A DNA stretch of 64,000 bases from positions 142,848,001 through 142,912,000 of the forward strand of contig NC_043000.1 in NCBI RefSeq assembly GCF_006345805.1, in the 5' to 3' direction. The notes beneath the pieces are model-generated. The model did not search any database. It was not told the DNA's origin and was given only the letters and a program-made list of their open reading frames with translations. Positions 51,911 to 63,747 of the stretch are shown here, piece by piece (position 1 is the stretch's first letter; each line of letters starts with the position of its first letter). This DNA is from Octopus sinensis (lineage: Eukaryota). A program made the translations under genes and the position numbers.

Positions 51911-52272
51911 TTAAACTTAAATGTTGAAGTGAATCGAACAGCTTTTGTGTGTTTCTTAAATGGCTTACAAACGCCTTCCACGCTGCAATTGTCTTTATTA
52001 TTTCCTTTCTATAAAAGGAGGAAAATTAAAATTGATTTTGAACTCAGAATATGAAGAGCTAGAATAAGTACTGCATAGCAATTTTTCTGACTGTCTTTCA
52101 ATCCTGCTAGAAAATGCTAAAAAAATAATATTGGTTTCAACTTTTGCTACCAGGCCAGTAACTTGAGGGAGGGGTAAGTCGATTCTATTGACTCCAGTAC
52201 TCAACTGGTACTTATTTTTATTGACCCCCAAAAGATGAAAGGCAAAGCCAATTTCAGCAGAATTTGATTAAA

Positions 52273-52524
52273 TCATCATCATCATCATCACCATCATCAT
52301 CATTTAACGCCCGTTTTCCATGCTAGCATGGATTGGATGGTTCGACCAGGGTCTAGGAAGCCAGGAGGCTGCACTAGGCTCCAGTCTGATCTGGTAGTGT
52401 TTCTACAGCTGGATGCCCTTCCTAATGCCAACCACTCTGTGAGTGTGGTGGGTGCTTTTTTACGTGCTACTGGCACAGAGCCATAGGAAGCTAGCAACGT
52501 CCACAATCGGTTGATGCTTTTTAT
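52273..52524 (-). mobile_element. RTE-type 3' end (family C)
   Basis: (CAT)n TTTAACGCCCGTTTTCCATGCTAGC... block. Confidence 0.85.
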
Positions 52525-52672
52525 GTGCCATGCTGGAGCACTGCCTTTAGTCAAGCAAATCGACCCCAGGGCTTATTCTTTGGAAGCCTAGTACTTATTT
52601 TATCAGTCTCTTTTGCCAAACTGCTAAGTTATGGTTGTCAAGCGATGTCGGGGGACAAACACAGACACACAA

Positions 52673-52717
<45 letters not shown>

Positions 52718-52890
52718 CATATATATGATGGGCTTCTTTCAGTTTCTGTCTACCAAATCCATTCACAAGGCTTTCGTCAGCCCAAGGCTATAGTAGAAGT
52801 CACTTGCCTAAGGTGCCACGCAGTGGGAATGAACCCGGAATCATATGGTTAGTAAGCAAGCTACTTACCACACAGCCACTCCTGTGCCTG
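52525..52890 (-). mobile_element. SINE family A (tail truncated)
   Basis: Reverse complement match. Confidence 0.85.
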
Positions 52891-53054
52891 GAGTGAATAA
52901 ATATGCCAGAGTATCCAGGAAACCAGCCTTATGAGCCTATGGCACAAAAAAGGATCTTTGGTTCCTTTTTTGGACAGGGATCAATGGTAATGACAGGCTC
53001 CTTTTCTCTCAAAATTTCCAATCTTGTGCCTAAATTAGAACCAGTTATTATTAT

Positions 53055-53150
53055 CAATAGTATTAGTAGTAGTAGTTGTGGTGGTTATGGTGGTGGTGGT
53101 AGTAGTAGTAGTAGTGTGGTGGTGATGGTGGTGGTGGTAGTAGTAGTAGT

Positions 53151-53182
<32 letters not shown>

Positions 53183-53213
53183 TAGTTGTTGTGGTGGTGG
53201 TGGTGGTAGTAGT

Positions 53214-53257
<44 letters not shown>

Positions 53258-53289
53258 TAGTAGTAGTTGTTGTTGTGATGGTGGTGGTG

Positions 53290-53322
<33 letters not shown>

Positions 53323-53323
53323 T
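53055..53323. repeat. Patchwork triplet repeat (GTA/GTG/GCA/GTT)
   Basis: Direct inspection. Confidence 0.9.
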
Positions 53324-53827
53324 GACACTGCGTTAGTGTGCAGCTATACCAATAATTTAATTTTAAAAAGTAGTTAGAGTGTTCACCTGCTTCATATGAA
53401 GAAACACGTAAAAATGGAATATTCCTACAGCATAAGGCTATAAACAAGGTTGTGTGTTTAAGAAGTATGCTTCACAGCTATGTGGTTTCAGGTTCTGTCC
53501 CACTTTATGCTAATTTGGGCAAGTGACTTCTACTATAGCCCTAGGCTATAGTAACAGCGCAAAGCCAGGAGAGTTGATTTAGTTGATAGAGGTTTATCAT
53601 GTGTGTGTGTGCACCTTCTTATCTTGACACCATGTGATAGTCGTAAATGAGTACCACCCTCATACAAGTAGTCTCATTCTTTTCCAATTTTCAGAACATG
53701 GGAATATATTTTCTTGCTAGGAAAAAAATTGTGGGGTTGGCAACAGAAACAATACCTAACCCCTTGGAAATCAGCCTCAACAAACTCTGTTTGACCCAAA
53801 GAAGCATGAAAAAGTGGATGCTTAAGT

Positions 53828-54116
53828 GATGATGACAACGACGACGATGGTGGTGGTGATGATGATGATGAGGAGGAGGAGGCGGTAGAGTTGGACGAAG
53901 GGGTGGAGGAGGAGGAGGTGGAGGAGGTGGAGGAAGCAGAAGAGGTGGAGGAGGAAGCAGAAGAGGTGGAGGAGGAAGCAGAAGAGGTGGAGGAGGAAGC
54001 AGAAGAGGTGGAGGAGGAAGCAGAAGAGGTGGAGGAGGAAGCAGAAGAGGTGGAGGAGGAAGCAGAAGAGGTGGAGGAGGAAGAGGAGGTGGAGGAGGAG
54101 GAGGTGGATGATGATG

Positions 54117-54148
<32 letters not shown>

Positions 54149-54180
54149 GATGATGATGATGAGGAGGAGGAGGAGGAGGA
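53828..54180. repeat. GAG/GAT-rich repeat including about 7 copies of a 21-bp unit GAAGAGGTGGAGGAGGAAGCA
   Basis: Direct inspection of ~53925-54075. Confidence 0.9.
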
Positions 54181-55082
54181 TATACCTGGTCAATTACAAA
54201 TAACAGCATACTATAAACAACTTACAAGTTCTCAGGTGTAAGAAATGTCATAAATGTCATAAATTTCATTTTAATGAGAATTAAGTAAATTACAAATGTT
54301 CAAAAAATCTCAGACAATGAATAAGTTAATGAGTATCTGCTGCTAAAACTCCCTGAATAAGAGTAATTATTTAGTTCTTGAAAACGAATACATTCTCATC
54401 ATGATCATCTTTTGTATTCCACAATTACAACGTCCAAGGTGTCATTCATACTTTTAAAATGGTAGGTTATGATTTGAGAGAGGCTTGGCTACTACTTCTA
54501 GCAAGCTGAGTGAATGTACAGAAGTTGATCATTACAAAAATTCTATCCTAAGTAAAAGGGTTTAAGTAAGTGGTAGTAACTAAAACAAAACTTTGGTGTT
54601 AGGAAGGGCATCCAGCCATAGAAACCCTGCCAAATCAGATTGGAACTTGGTGCAACTCTCCAACTTACGACTGCCAGTCAAACCATCTAACCTATGCCAG
54701 TATGGAAAGCAGATGCTAACTACTGCTGCTGCTGCTGATGATGATATTCTTTAAACTTAGGTCAGTTCTGATCATGAAGACCTATGATCAAAGTATTCCA
54801 GCCATGACCATCCCATCTTATTTTAAAACACTTTATCCAAAGCTACATGTGTTTTTAAGAGGAAAGATTGTAGTATAAGATTTTGACTGCATTTTCTATC
54901 TGATCAAGTGAATACGTAGAGAATTCTTCCTTTGCTTCACCACGTATGTGTTTTGTTTATACATGGAAAAGCCATATCTGAAAGGTACTTAATCCAGTGT
55001 TCTACCATTTCTGTAACTCTGCTACTCTCACCAGTGGATCAATAATGCCTAATATTGTAGATAAGGATGTTTAGTATATTCT

Positions 55083-55464
55083 TTTACTTGTTTCAGTCAT
55101 TTGACTGTGGCCATGCTGGAGCACCGCCTTTAGTCGAGCAAATCGACCCCAGGACTTATTCTTTGGAAGCCTAGTACTCACTCTATTGGTCTCTTTTGCC
55201 GAACCGCTAAGTTACAGGGATGTAAACACACCAGCATTAGTTGTCAAGCGATGTTGGGGGGACAAACACAGACACACAAACAAATCCACATACATACATA
55301 CCTCCTTGTTTTTCTCCTTGTTTTTTTTCTGTGTATCTTTCTGTGGAAGAGCATAGGCTCGAAACGTAAAAGGCTTTTTCTATTCCTGAGCGCTATACTA
55401 ATACATTTGTTTGTTTGTACACCACCTGCCTTCGTCTTTTGTTTATTTTCGTAAACTTTCCCTT

Positions 55465-55496
<32 letters not shown>

Positions 55497-55660
55497 TACG
55501 ACAGGCTTCTTTCAGTTTCCCTCTGCCAAATCCACTCACAAGGCTTTGGTCAGCCTGAGGCTATAGTAGAAGACACTTGCCCAAGGTGCCACACAGTGGG
55601 AATGAACCCGGAACCATGTGGCTGGTAAGCAAGCTACTTACTACACAGCCACTCCTATGC
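55083..55660 (-). mobile_element. SINE family A interrupted by a ~170-bp insert in its internal microsatellite
   Basis: Tail at 55083-55290, insert at ~55300-55465, head at 55490-55660. Confidence 0.85.
55336..55373 (+). ncRNA. Minimal hammerhead-like motif (A6U core variant), PLE-type
   Basis: TCTTT-CTGTGGA-A-GAGC[atag]GCTC-GAA-ACGT-A-AAAGG; GUA site. Confidence 0.45.
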
Positions 55661-55779
55661 CTATAATTCATTTTGATAGAAGCATTGAAGAGAAGAACAG
55701 ACTACTCAAAAATTATCACTATAGAGAATCTTATCTCTGTGTGGTGAGCATGTCAAAGACAATTCCTAAATATCAATAA

Positions 55780-56163
55780 CTAGCAGTATCGCCCGGCGTT
55801 GCTTGGGTTTGTTTCGACCCTTTAGAATTGGAATTTTTGAAAAGTAATAATTTTGCATTATGTAGCTTGTTATTCTCTTTAAGTGATCATTTTTCTGGTT
55901 GAAATACACTGAAAAATGGTGACACAGCAGTCAAAAAATTGTAAAAAATAGGGATTTTCATAGAAAAAAGCACCTTTTTGATGTAAATAATTTTTGGTCT
56001 TAACATGGTCCGATTTGAAATTTTTCTTCTACGGAAGGAAGAGCAAGCCTTCTATCACACTTTCAATTTTGGTAAACTTGTGCTGCAGGGTCTCCGAGGA
56101 GATAGTTTTTGTTGAAGGCTACCAAACCTGCCACACATAGACAACTTAAGCTTTATATATAGA
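55780..56163 (-). mobile_element. Second non-autonomous Helitron family
   Basis: Same 3' hairpin and CTAG end as the 24555 family but a different body; TCTATATATAAAG-like 5' end on the minus strand. Confidence 0.75.
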
Positions 56164-56574
56164 GAGATTAGTTGCTGTAAACAGTACAGACTACATGGTA
56201 GTAACTAACGTAAAAGCCCAACATGGATCATCAGTGAATATGATGATAGACTCAAATGCTCAGAATACTCAGATGGTTATCTAGTATAACTTTATGCTAT
56301 TTTAATATTCTAAGCAATCATTCAGTAGTATAATTAAAGGTAGCACTTTGAGAATACTCAAATGCTGGAAACTTGGTTTCCTTTCTGCAGTCATTTGTCA
56401 AATTACAGTAGAAGTTCTAAAGATCTAAGTGTGAGTGAGAATTGAAATTATTAAATATTAACATGATAATAGAAGGAAGACTTGATAACCCAATAACATC
56501 TAGGAATGAACTGACTCGAAAAGCTGCATAACTCGCAGAAATATTGAAAAATTATACATTAAAATGATTAAGAT

Positions 56575-56759
56575 GAGATATATGTATGTTTACGCACATG
56601 CGCATGTGTGGAAATGTACACATGTGTGTGTGTGTGTGTGTCTGTATACATATATATATTTATACATACATGCATATATATATACATATATTTATATATA
56701 TGCATGTATGTACATTTGCATATGTATAAACATATATATATATTTATATATATATATAC

Positions 56760-56791
<32 letters not shown>

Positions 56792-57030
56792 ATATATATA
56801 TGTATATATATATATACATATATATATACATATATATACATATATATATGTGTGTGTGTGTGTGTGTGTCTGTGTGTGTGTAAATATATATATACATATG
56901 TGTGTGAATGTGTGTGTGTAAGTATATATATATATATACATATATACATATACATACATATGTGTGTGTGTGTGTGTGTGTGAGCATATAGATATATATG
57001 TACATGTGTGTATGAGTGTGTATATATGTT
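56575..57030. repeat. Compound TA/TG microsatellite field
   Basis: Direct inspection. Confidence 0.95.
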
Positions 57031-58072
57031 ATTGTTTCATAACAGTATCGAATTATAGATAAGCTCAGTATATAATAGGATTTCAAGTGCATATATTATT
57101 AAAGTATTGCCTCTCAAAACTATGCATGATATGACAAAATATTATGGCATGATTTTTCAATATTTACAATATTCAGCAGTATGATGCTTCATGTAAAATA
57201 TTGAATATATAACTAATTCGATAAAATAATAAATTTACAAAAATCAGGTTCAAATTTGATTGAAATTTTGAAATTTAATTACTATCAATAACAAAAGGTT
57301 TTTGTGAAGCACAAATAATACAAATTGTTATTATTCTTCAATAAAAGGGATATATTGTAGTAAATAATATAAAACGAAGATTAAATTGATGAATATATTT
57401 ATTTAACTTATTTAGTTTTATTCCTGTTTATGTCATTCATTATGAATATAGCTATAATTAGCTTTAGATGTTTTGTTAACGTTCTCAATTTAACCAAATA
57501 TTTTAGTTGCTAACTCATTATGAATGATTATTCCTTTATTTAGAGATTAATGGAAAGTAGAACATTGATGGACCTAAACAAAATATATAAAACAAACTGA
57601 ATTAAAAGGAAATAAAATTCCATTAATCCAAAATGGAATTTTCTTTAATATTTATTTTATCATTTTAGATTGTTAAGTAGAATACTTAAAAGAAATAGAA
57701 ATGAGGAATAAATAAAAATTAATTTTAAGGAATACATAATGGTATTGTGCTTTGCAGAATATTAAGATTTGACAATTCCACAAAACAACGAAGTCCATGT
57801 TGAACATGCCATGATTTTTATATATTTCTGATACTGGATTAATATCACCCTGTTGTCAGTAGGTCGCCCATATTTAAAACCTTAATTCACTTTCTGCCTA
57901 CACAATCAAATGTAGATCAGGTGTCTATGAATTAAGTCCAGAGGATCATCAGAGAACAGAACAGCTATCTAGATATTTGTGGATGACCAACATACTTTGT
58001 ATACAGAGAAGTGTTCAAAAATTGTGCTGTGTATTATGAGAAGATTAATGGGATTAATAGTTTCCTAACTAA

Positions 58073-58822
58073 ATATTCTGTTGTGTCTGGGGAGAGTCAT
58101 TTTCTTGTTGTGCCTTATAATGTAACACACTCACTGGTAAAATTTCCACATATTTCTTATTTTTATTTTCCTAAAATTTTCGTTGCGGCTTGCAACCTTT
58201 TCAATAGTCTTGACTCTCCGTTATTTACACTGCGTTCATTTTTGTTTGTTTGTGCGCATGTGTGTGGGTCAGTGTGTGTGTGTGTGTGTGTGTGCCTATG
58301 CATGCATGTATGTATGTATGTGTGTATGTATGTGTATGTATGTATATATGTGTGTAAATCTGTGTGTTTGTATCCTGTATATTCAAGTGCTTGCATGTCC
58401 ATGTTTGTGTATTTGCTATATATGTGTGTGTGTGCATGTGTTTGTATATGGATGCACCTCTGTCTCCTTGTGTGTGCATGTCTGTGTGTCTGTGTGTGTA
58501 TGCAACTATGTACCATGTTTGTATGTATGGATTGATGTGCATCTCTATATGTGTGGATCCGTCTTTCCATATATGTCCTTGTGTGGAGTAAAGTGTGTGT
58601 GTGTATATGTATATATATGGTCATGTGTGTCAGTCTCCATTTGCGTATATGTGTGCTTGTCTGTTCTTATAACCTATGTACCTATCCGTCTGCATGTTGA
58701 TCTGTTTATTTGCATATCCATATGCTTACATACAAAAAAATAATTCATGTGCACATGCCAGTGAGTGTGTTACATTATAAGGCACAATAAGAAAATGACT
58801 CTACCCAGACACAACAGAATAT
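58073..58822. mobile_element. MITE-like element with ~65-bp terminal inverted repeats
   Basis: 58073-58138 vs reverse complement of 58758-58822, 2 mismatches; the outermost ATAT on each side may be the TSD; degenerate TG-repeat interior. Confidence 0.85.
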
Positions 58823-59040
58823 GCTTCAACACACGAACTCATATAAAGAATCTTGCATACCAAATCCAAAAACGAAATAACTAAATAACATATTTTTAAA
58901 CAACAGTATACTTTAAGTCATAAATAGCATAAACATTATGAAAAATTTGGAACTATTTTAGAAATATGTTGGTTATAGGAAAATGCTAGTTTGATCTACA
59001 AAAGAGAATTCAACAAGGATTTTGTGCATATATAGATGCA

Positions 59041-59109
<69 letters not shown>

Positions 59110-59380
59110 ATATATATATATATACATATATTTATATATATATATATACATATATATATATAAACACACACACACACACGCACACACACATGCACATATA
59201 TATATATAATCCTTTACAATGTATTTGGTGTCATTGGAATTTTGAACCCACTTCTAACATCATGTGACCTGCCTTGATAAATAATAACCAAGTTTCCGTA
59301 AACAAGAAAAAAACACAGCAATGCGAGGACGTGGAACAATTTAAAGTATTATTTGACGCTCAGGAAAGAAGGGAAGGAGG

Positions 59381-59415
59381 GTTTAACGTTTCGGGCGGAG
59401 CTCTTCGTCGGAAAC
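59381..59415 (-). ncRNA. Degenerate minimal hammerhead-like motif, PLE-type
   Basis: Reverse complement: GTTT-CCGACGA-A-GAGC[tcc]GCCC-GAA-ACGT-T-AAAC; U4C change and one stem II mismatch. Confidence 0.35.
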
Positions 59416-59489
59416 AAAGGAGAAGGAAAGATCCCGAGAAGGGAAGAGAGAGCAAAAAAATTTTTTTGCTGGTGGTGCTCAAATATATA

Positions 59490-59645
59490 TATATATATAC
59501 ATGATGGGCTACTTTCCAAATCTGCTCACAAGGCTTTGGTTGGCCTGAGGCTATAAAACAAGCCACTTGCCCAAGGTGCCACACTCTGGGACTGAACCCA
59601 GAACCATGTGGCTGGGAAGCAAGCCTCTTACCACACAACCACACC
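59490..59645 (-). mobile_element. SINE family A, 5' half
   Basis: Reverse complement match, ending at the internal TA tract. Confidence 0.8.
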
Positions 59646-60029
59646 TCTCTTCGTCATCCAAATTAATAGATGATTTAGTAATTTACTAATATGTATACAT
59701 AAAATTAATATAAATATTGTTTCACAAAAAGAATTGAAATTGTCACTAAATGTGACTAGGGTATTAGAAACACCTACATTGCTAGAAATAAGAGCTAAAA
59801 TATTATAATGCTGTATATCAAGTTCAATTATCAACAAAATTATCAATCTAGGCTTTCACTTGATAATGTATTAGCAATATTAACTATTACTTTTATACCT
59901 TCTAATTGGTCATAGTTTTTGTGACAGGTGACACTATGTGAGTAGTTTAATGTAGAATGAACTGTGGAACAGTAAATATCCTATATGGCTCTGACCAAGA
60001 TCAGAGCTTAGAAAATAGTGCAGGAGTGC

Positions 60030-60244
60030 CTTACTCTTTTACTTGTTTCAGTCATTTGACTGTGGCCATACTGGAGCACTACCTTTAGTCGAGCGAATTG
60101 GCCCCAGGACTTATTCTTTGTCAGCCTAGTACTTATTGTATCGGTCTCTTTCGCTGAACTGCTAGGTTACGGGGATGTAAACACACCAGCATCAGTTGTC
60201 AAGCAATGTTGTGGGGGACAAACACAGACACACAAACATACACA

Positions 60245-60298
<54 letters not shown>

Positions 60299-60465
60299 CA
60301 TATGATAGGCTTCTTTCAGTTTCCATCTGCCAATCCACTCACAAGGTTTTGGTTGGCCCAAGGCTATAGTAGAAGACACTTGCCCAAGGTACCACGCAGT
60401 AGGACTGAACCCGGAACCATGTGGTTGGTAAACAAGCTACTTACCACACAGCCACTCCTATGCAT
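60030..60465 (-). mobile_element. SINE family A, full length
   Basis: Reverse complement match. Confidence 0.9.
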
Positions 60466-60745
60466 ATGAGACAGAAATAAAGGAATGAAGAAACTAGAGT
60501 AATTTCCTCTTACTTTCTCCATGCTTACAAGACAAGTTAAACTGCAAGCCATGAAACACTTGACCTTTGTTTCAAATTCCCAATGAATGAGCCATTTCAC
60601 ATTTGCTTGACCTGCTAGAAGCAGTAATCATATCCCCTCACATGAAACAGCTGAGTTAAGTCTACGTAACAAAATTCACTTCTTTTAATGGAGAACTGAA
60701 ACTACCTATGAAGTCTCAAGGCCATAATTACAAAAAATGATATTA

Positions 60746-60793
<48 letters not shown>

Positions 60794-60796
<3 letters not shown>

Positions 60797-61050
60797 CAAT
60801 TCCTATCATAGTAGGTGGTTTATGTATGATAAAAAAATATTCAGACAAATACATAACAAAAACACCAAGACTTACAAATATATATAACATACAGAAAATT
60901 GCACTACTTGGCACTGCACACATCCTACGTAATACACTTTGAATACAGTAACCATAAGAGCATCACAACAAATCACAGCACATACCTAAGGCACACAGAG
61001 CTGCGCTCGGTAGTGAAGTGAAAGCACGCTATAAAAATAAAACTACTCAC
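60794..61050 (+). mobile_element. 5'-truncated R4/Dong-clade LINE 3' end between (TAA)n tracts
   Basis: TIPIIVGGLCMIKK...IQKIALLGTAHILRNTL* (stop 60940-60942), a typical RLE C-terminus; (AAT)n at 60748-60793 and 61051-61105. Confidence 0.85.
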
Positions 61051-61107
<57 letters not shown>

Positions 61108-61514
61108 GATGATGATGATGATGATGATAAAAAAATAAATAAATGAATAAAAAAGTATGTGTTTTGGTAAAAGAAATTCTCAGGAAGATGGTCTGTTGAT
61201 CAGCAGACACTAGTCCTATATTCTGACAAAGTGACCAGCTACAAATCTACCATTAACTAAAACTTAGAACACCATCCACCTTTACTTTTAAAATCAATGG
61301 AGAAAAAGACCATATCTAGAAGTGACTTCTGTTACATACAAACATTAATTTGCTAGAAGCCGTTTCATAGCATCTGACCAGTAAGGTAATCTCCTTTTGC
61401 ACATTAAGATGTATATGTCATGCATGGGTCAGATATGTGATGTCATGAAAGCAATTAAAGCAGAGAATCCTACTGTCTAGATGATTGATAGATATTATGT
61501 ACGTGTAGTGTTAG

Positions 61515-61530
61515 TATACATATATATATA

Positions 61531-61568
<38 letters not shown>

Positions 61569-61576
61569 TATATATA

Positions 61577-61608
<32 letters not shown>

Positions 61609-61659
61609 GTATGTATATATATATATGTGTATATATATATATACACATATATATATATG

Positions 61660-61712
<53 letters not shown>

Positions 61713-61743
61713 TATATATATTATATATATATATATACTATAC

Positions 61744-61793
<50 letters not shown>

Positions 61794-61899
61794 GTATATA
61801 TATATATATGTATATATAATATATATATACCTATGGAAAGCGGATGTTAAACGATGATGATGATAGATATATATATACATATATATGTATACATATATA

Positions 61900-61982
<83 letters not shown>

Positions 61983-61985
61983 GTG
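61515..61985. repeat. (TA)n/(TG)n microsatellite field
   Basis: Direct inspection. Confidence 0.95.
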
Positions 61986-62494
61986 TGAGTATGTGTAAAT
62001 GGAGAGAGAGAAAGATACACAAGCGTATATATATATTATATATAGAGGAAGAGAGAAAGACCCCTCCACCCACACACATACACATATAAGACTGGGAACT
62101 GGGGATAATGACATAAATTTGATGGATGGATAAATGGATGATTGGTTGGATAAATGGATGAAAAAAAATATGGTTGTGTGGATATAAAGTAGTTCAAGTT
62201 ATGTTATAAGTTGAGGGGAGGAAATTAATGGCTCGCATAGAGATATTTACTGAAGAGAGACAGAGAAGTGTGCGAGAACTTTGTATATAACTGAATTTTC
62301 AAAGTACTGAAATTTAAAGTGCACAAGCCTGGCTATGCGGTTAAGATGTTTATACAATGACAATATGGTTCTGGGGTCAACACCAGTGAGTGGAACCTTA
62401 AGCAAGTTTCTTCTTTTTCAAGTGTAAGTTAATCAGTGACCCGTGAATGAAATTTGGTAGATGGAAACTTTATAGAAATATTACAGGCAACACT

Positions 62495-62527
<33 letters not shown>

Positions 62528-62790
62528 GTCATCATCATCGTTTAACGTCCGCTTTCCATGCTAGCATGGGTTGGACGTTTTGGCTGAGGTCTGGCAAACC
62601 AGATGGCTGCACTAGACTCCAATCTGATCTGGCAGAGTTTCTACAGCTGGATGCCCTTCCTAATACCAGCCACTTCGAGAGTGTAGTGGATGCTTTTATG
62701 TGCCACCGGTACGAGGGCCAGTTAGGTGGTACTGTCACCGGCCACGCTCAAATGTTGCTTTTTATGTGCCACCTGCACAAAAAAAGCACC
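62495..62790 (-). mobile_element. RTE-type 3' end (family C)
   Basis: (CAT)n CGTTTAACGTCCGC... block. Confidence 0.85.
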
Positions 62791-63261
62791 GTTTGTTTGT
62801 GTATTGTCCATATAGTGCTCTTTTGAGTTTTACTCTTTTATGCCAATGGACGACTTAGCCATGCACTAAATAGAAATCAATAAAGGAATTAGCAAAATAC
62901 TGTTGATGCTTTACTCATATGAAGCTCTGGGAAGCTGTAAGAAGGCTAAAATAGCAGAACTGAAAAATGAAGGGATAAGCTTGCATGAGTTGGGGAGGAA
63001 AATGGCAGATGGTCAGAGATAGGGGTAGAGGTGAATGTATTGAATGATGAACATTAGTGGAAGTGTGGTTGATGGTAGATATAAGATTGGAGGAGGAGGT
63101 GTTAAGAAATGTAAATGGTGCAGTAGTAGGAGGTGATAAGTTGCAGAACAGAAAGGGTGTAGAATAGGAGAATATGTTTGCACGTGTGTTTGTGCATGCA
63201 TGTGTGCGTGTGTGCGCGTGTGCATGTATGGAAATGAGCATGTGTATGTGTGTGCATGTAA

Positions 63262-63296
<35 letters not shown>

Positions 63297-63303
63297 CATG
63301 TAA

Positions 63304-63335
<32 letters not shown>

Positions 63336-63338
<3 letters not shown>

Positions 63339-63632
63339 GAGGCGCAATGGCCTAGTGACTAGGGTAGCGGAATCGCAGTTGTAGGATTGCGGTTTCGATT
63401 CCCAGACCGGGCGTTGTGTGTTTATTGAGCGAAAACACCTAAAAAGCTCCACGAGGCTCTGGTAGGGGGTGGTGATCCCTGCTGTACTCTTTCACCACTT
63501 CTCTCACTCTTTCTTCTGTTGGCCTACTCGCTTAGCCAGCGGGATGGCGTCATTCATAGGCTAAAACAATGCGAACGCATTGTGACCAGCGATGTGTAGC
63601 AACATCTGATGGTCTGGTCGGTCACATGATCA
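63336..63632 (+). mobile_element. tRNA-head SINE family D (tail type 2)
   Basis: Match to the 38224 copy. Confidence 0.85.
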
Positions 63633-63747
63633 TATATATATAATTAAGATTCCGAAGTGCAGATTCCAAGTTTGGTGAATAAAATATCAACAGGTTTCAA
63701 TTCAATGCAGTCGTTTCAAGCGACTCCTTTAATTGATTAAGGAAAAC

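Larger units (their letters stand above)
51688..51992. repeat. 305-bp palindrome (147-bp arms, 11-nt loop)
   Basis: 51688-51834 vs reverse complement of 51846-51992, 8 mismatches counted. Confidence 0.95.

Noticed and set aside
51672-51981. Similar peptides on both strands (EGVCKPFKKHTKAVRF)
   Set aside because: A consequence of the DNA palindrome, not evidence of coding
53035-53447. Poly-Thr/Ala/Val/His ORFs
   Set aside because: Triplet-repeat artefacts open in several frames on both strands
57100-57760. Very AT-rich block
   Set aside because: No periodicity, termini or ORF that I could support
58011-58743. Longest ORFs in the track (174-186 aa)
   Set aside because: Degenerate TG-repeat interior of a TIR element; Cys/Val/Met low-complexity artefact
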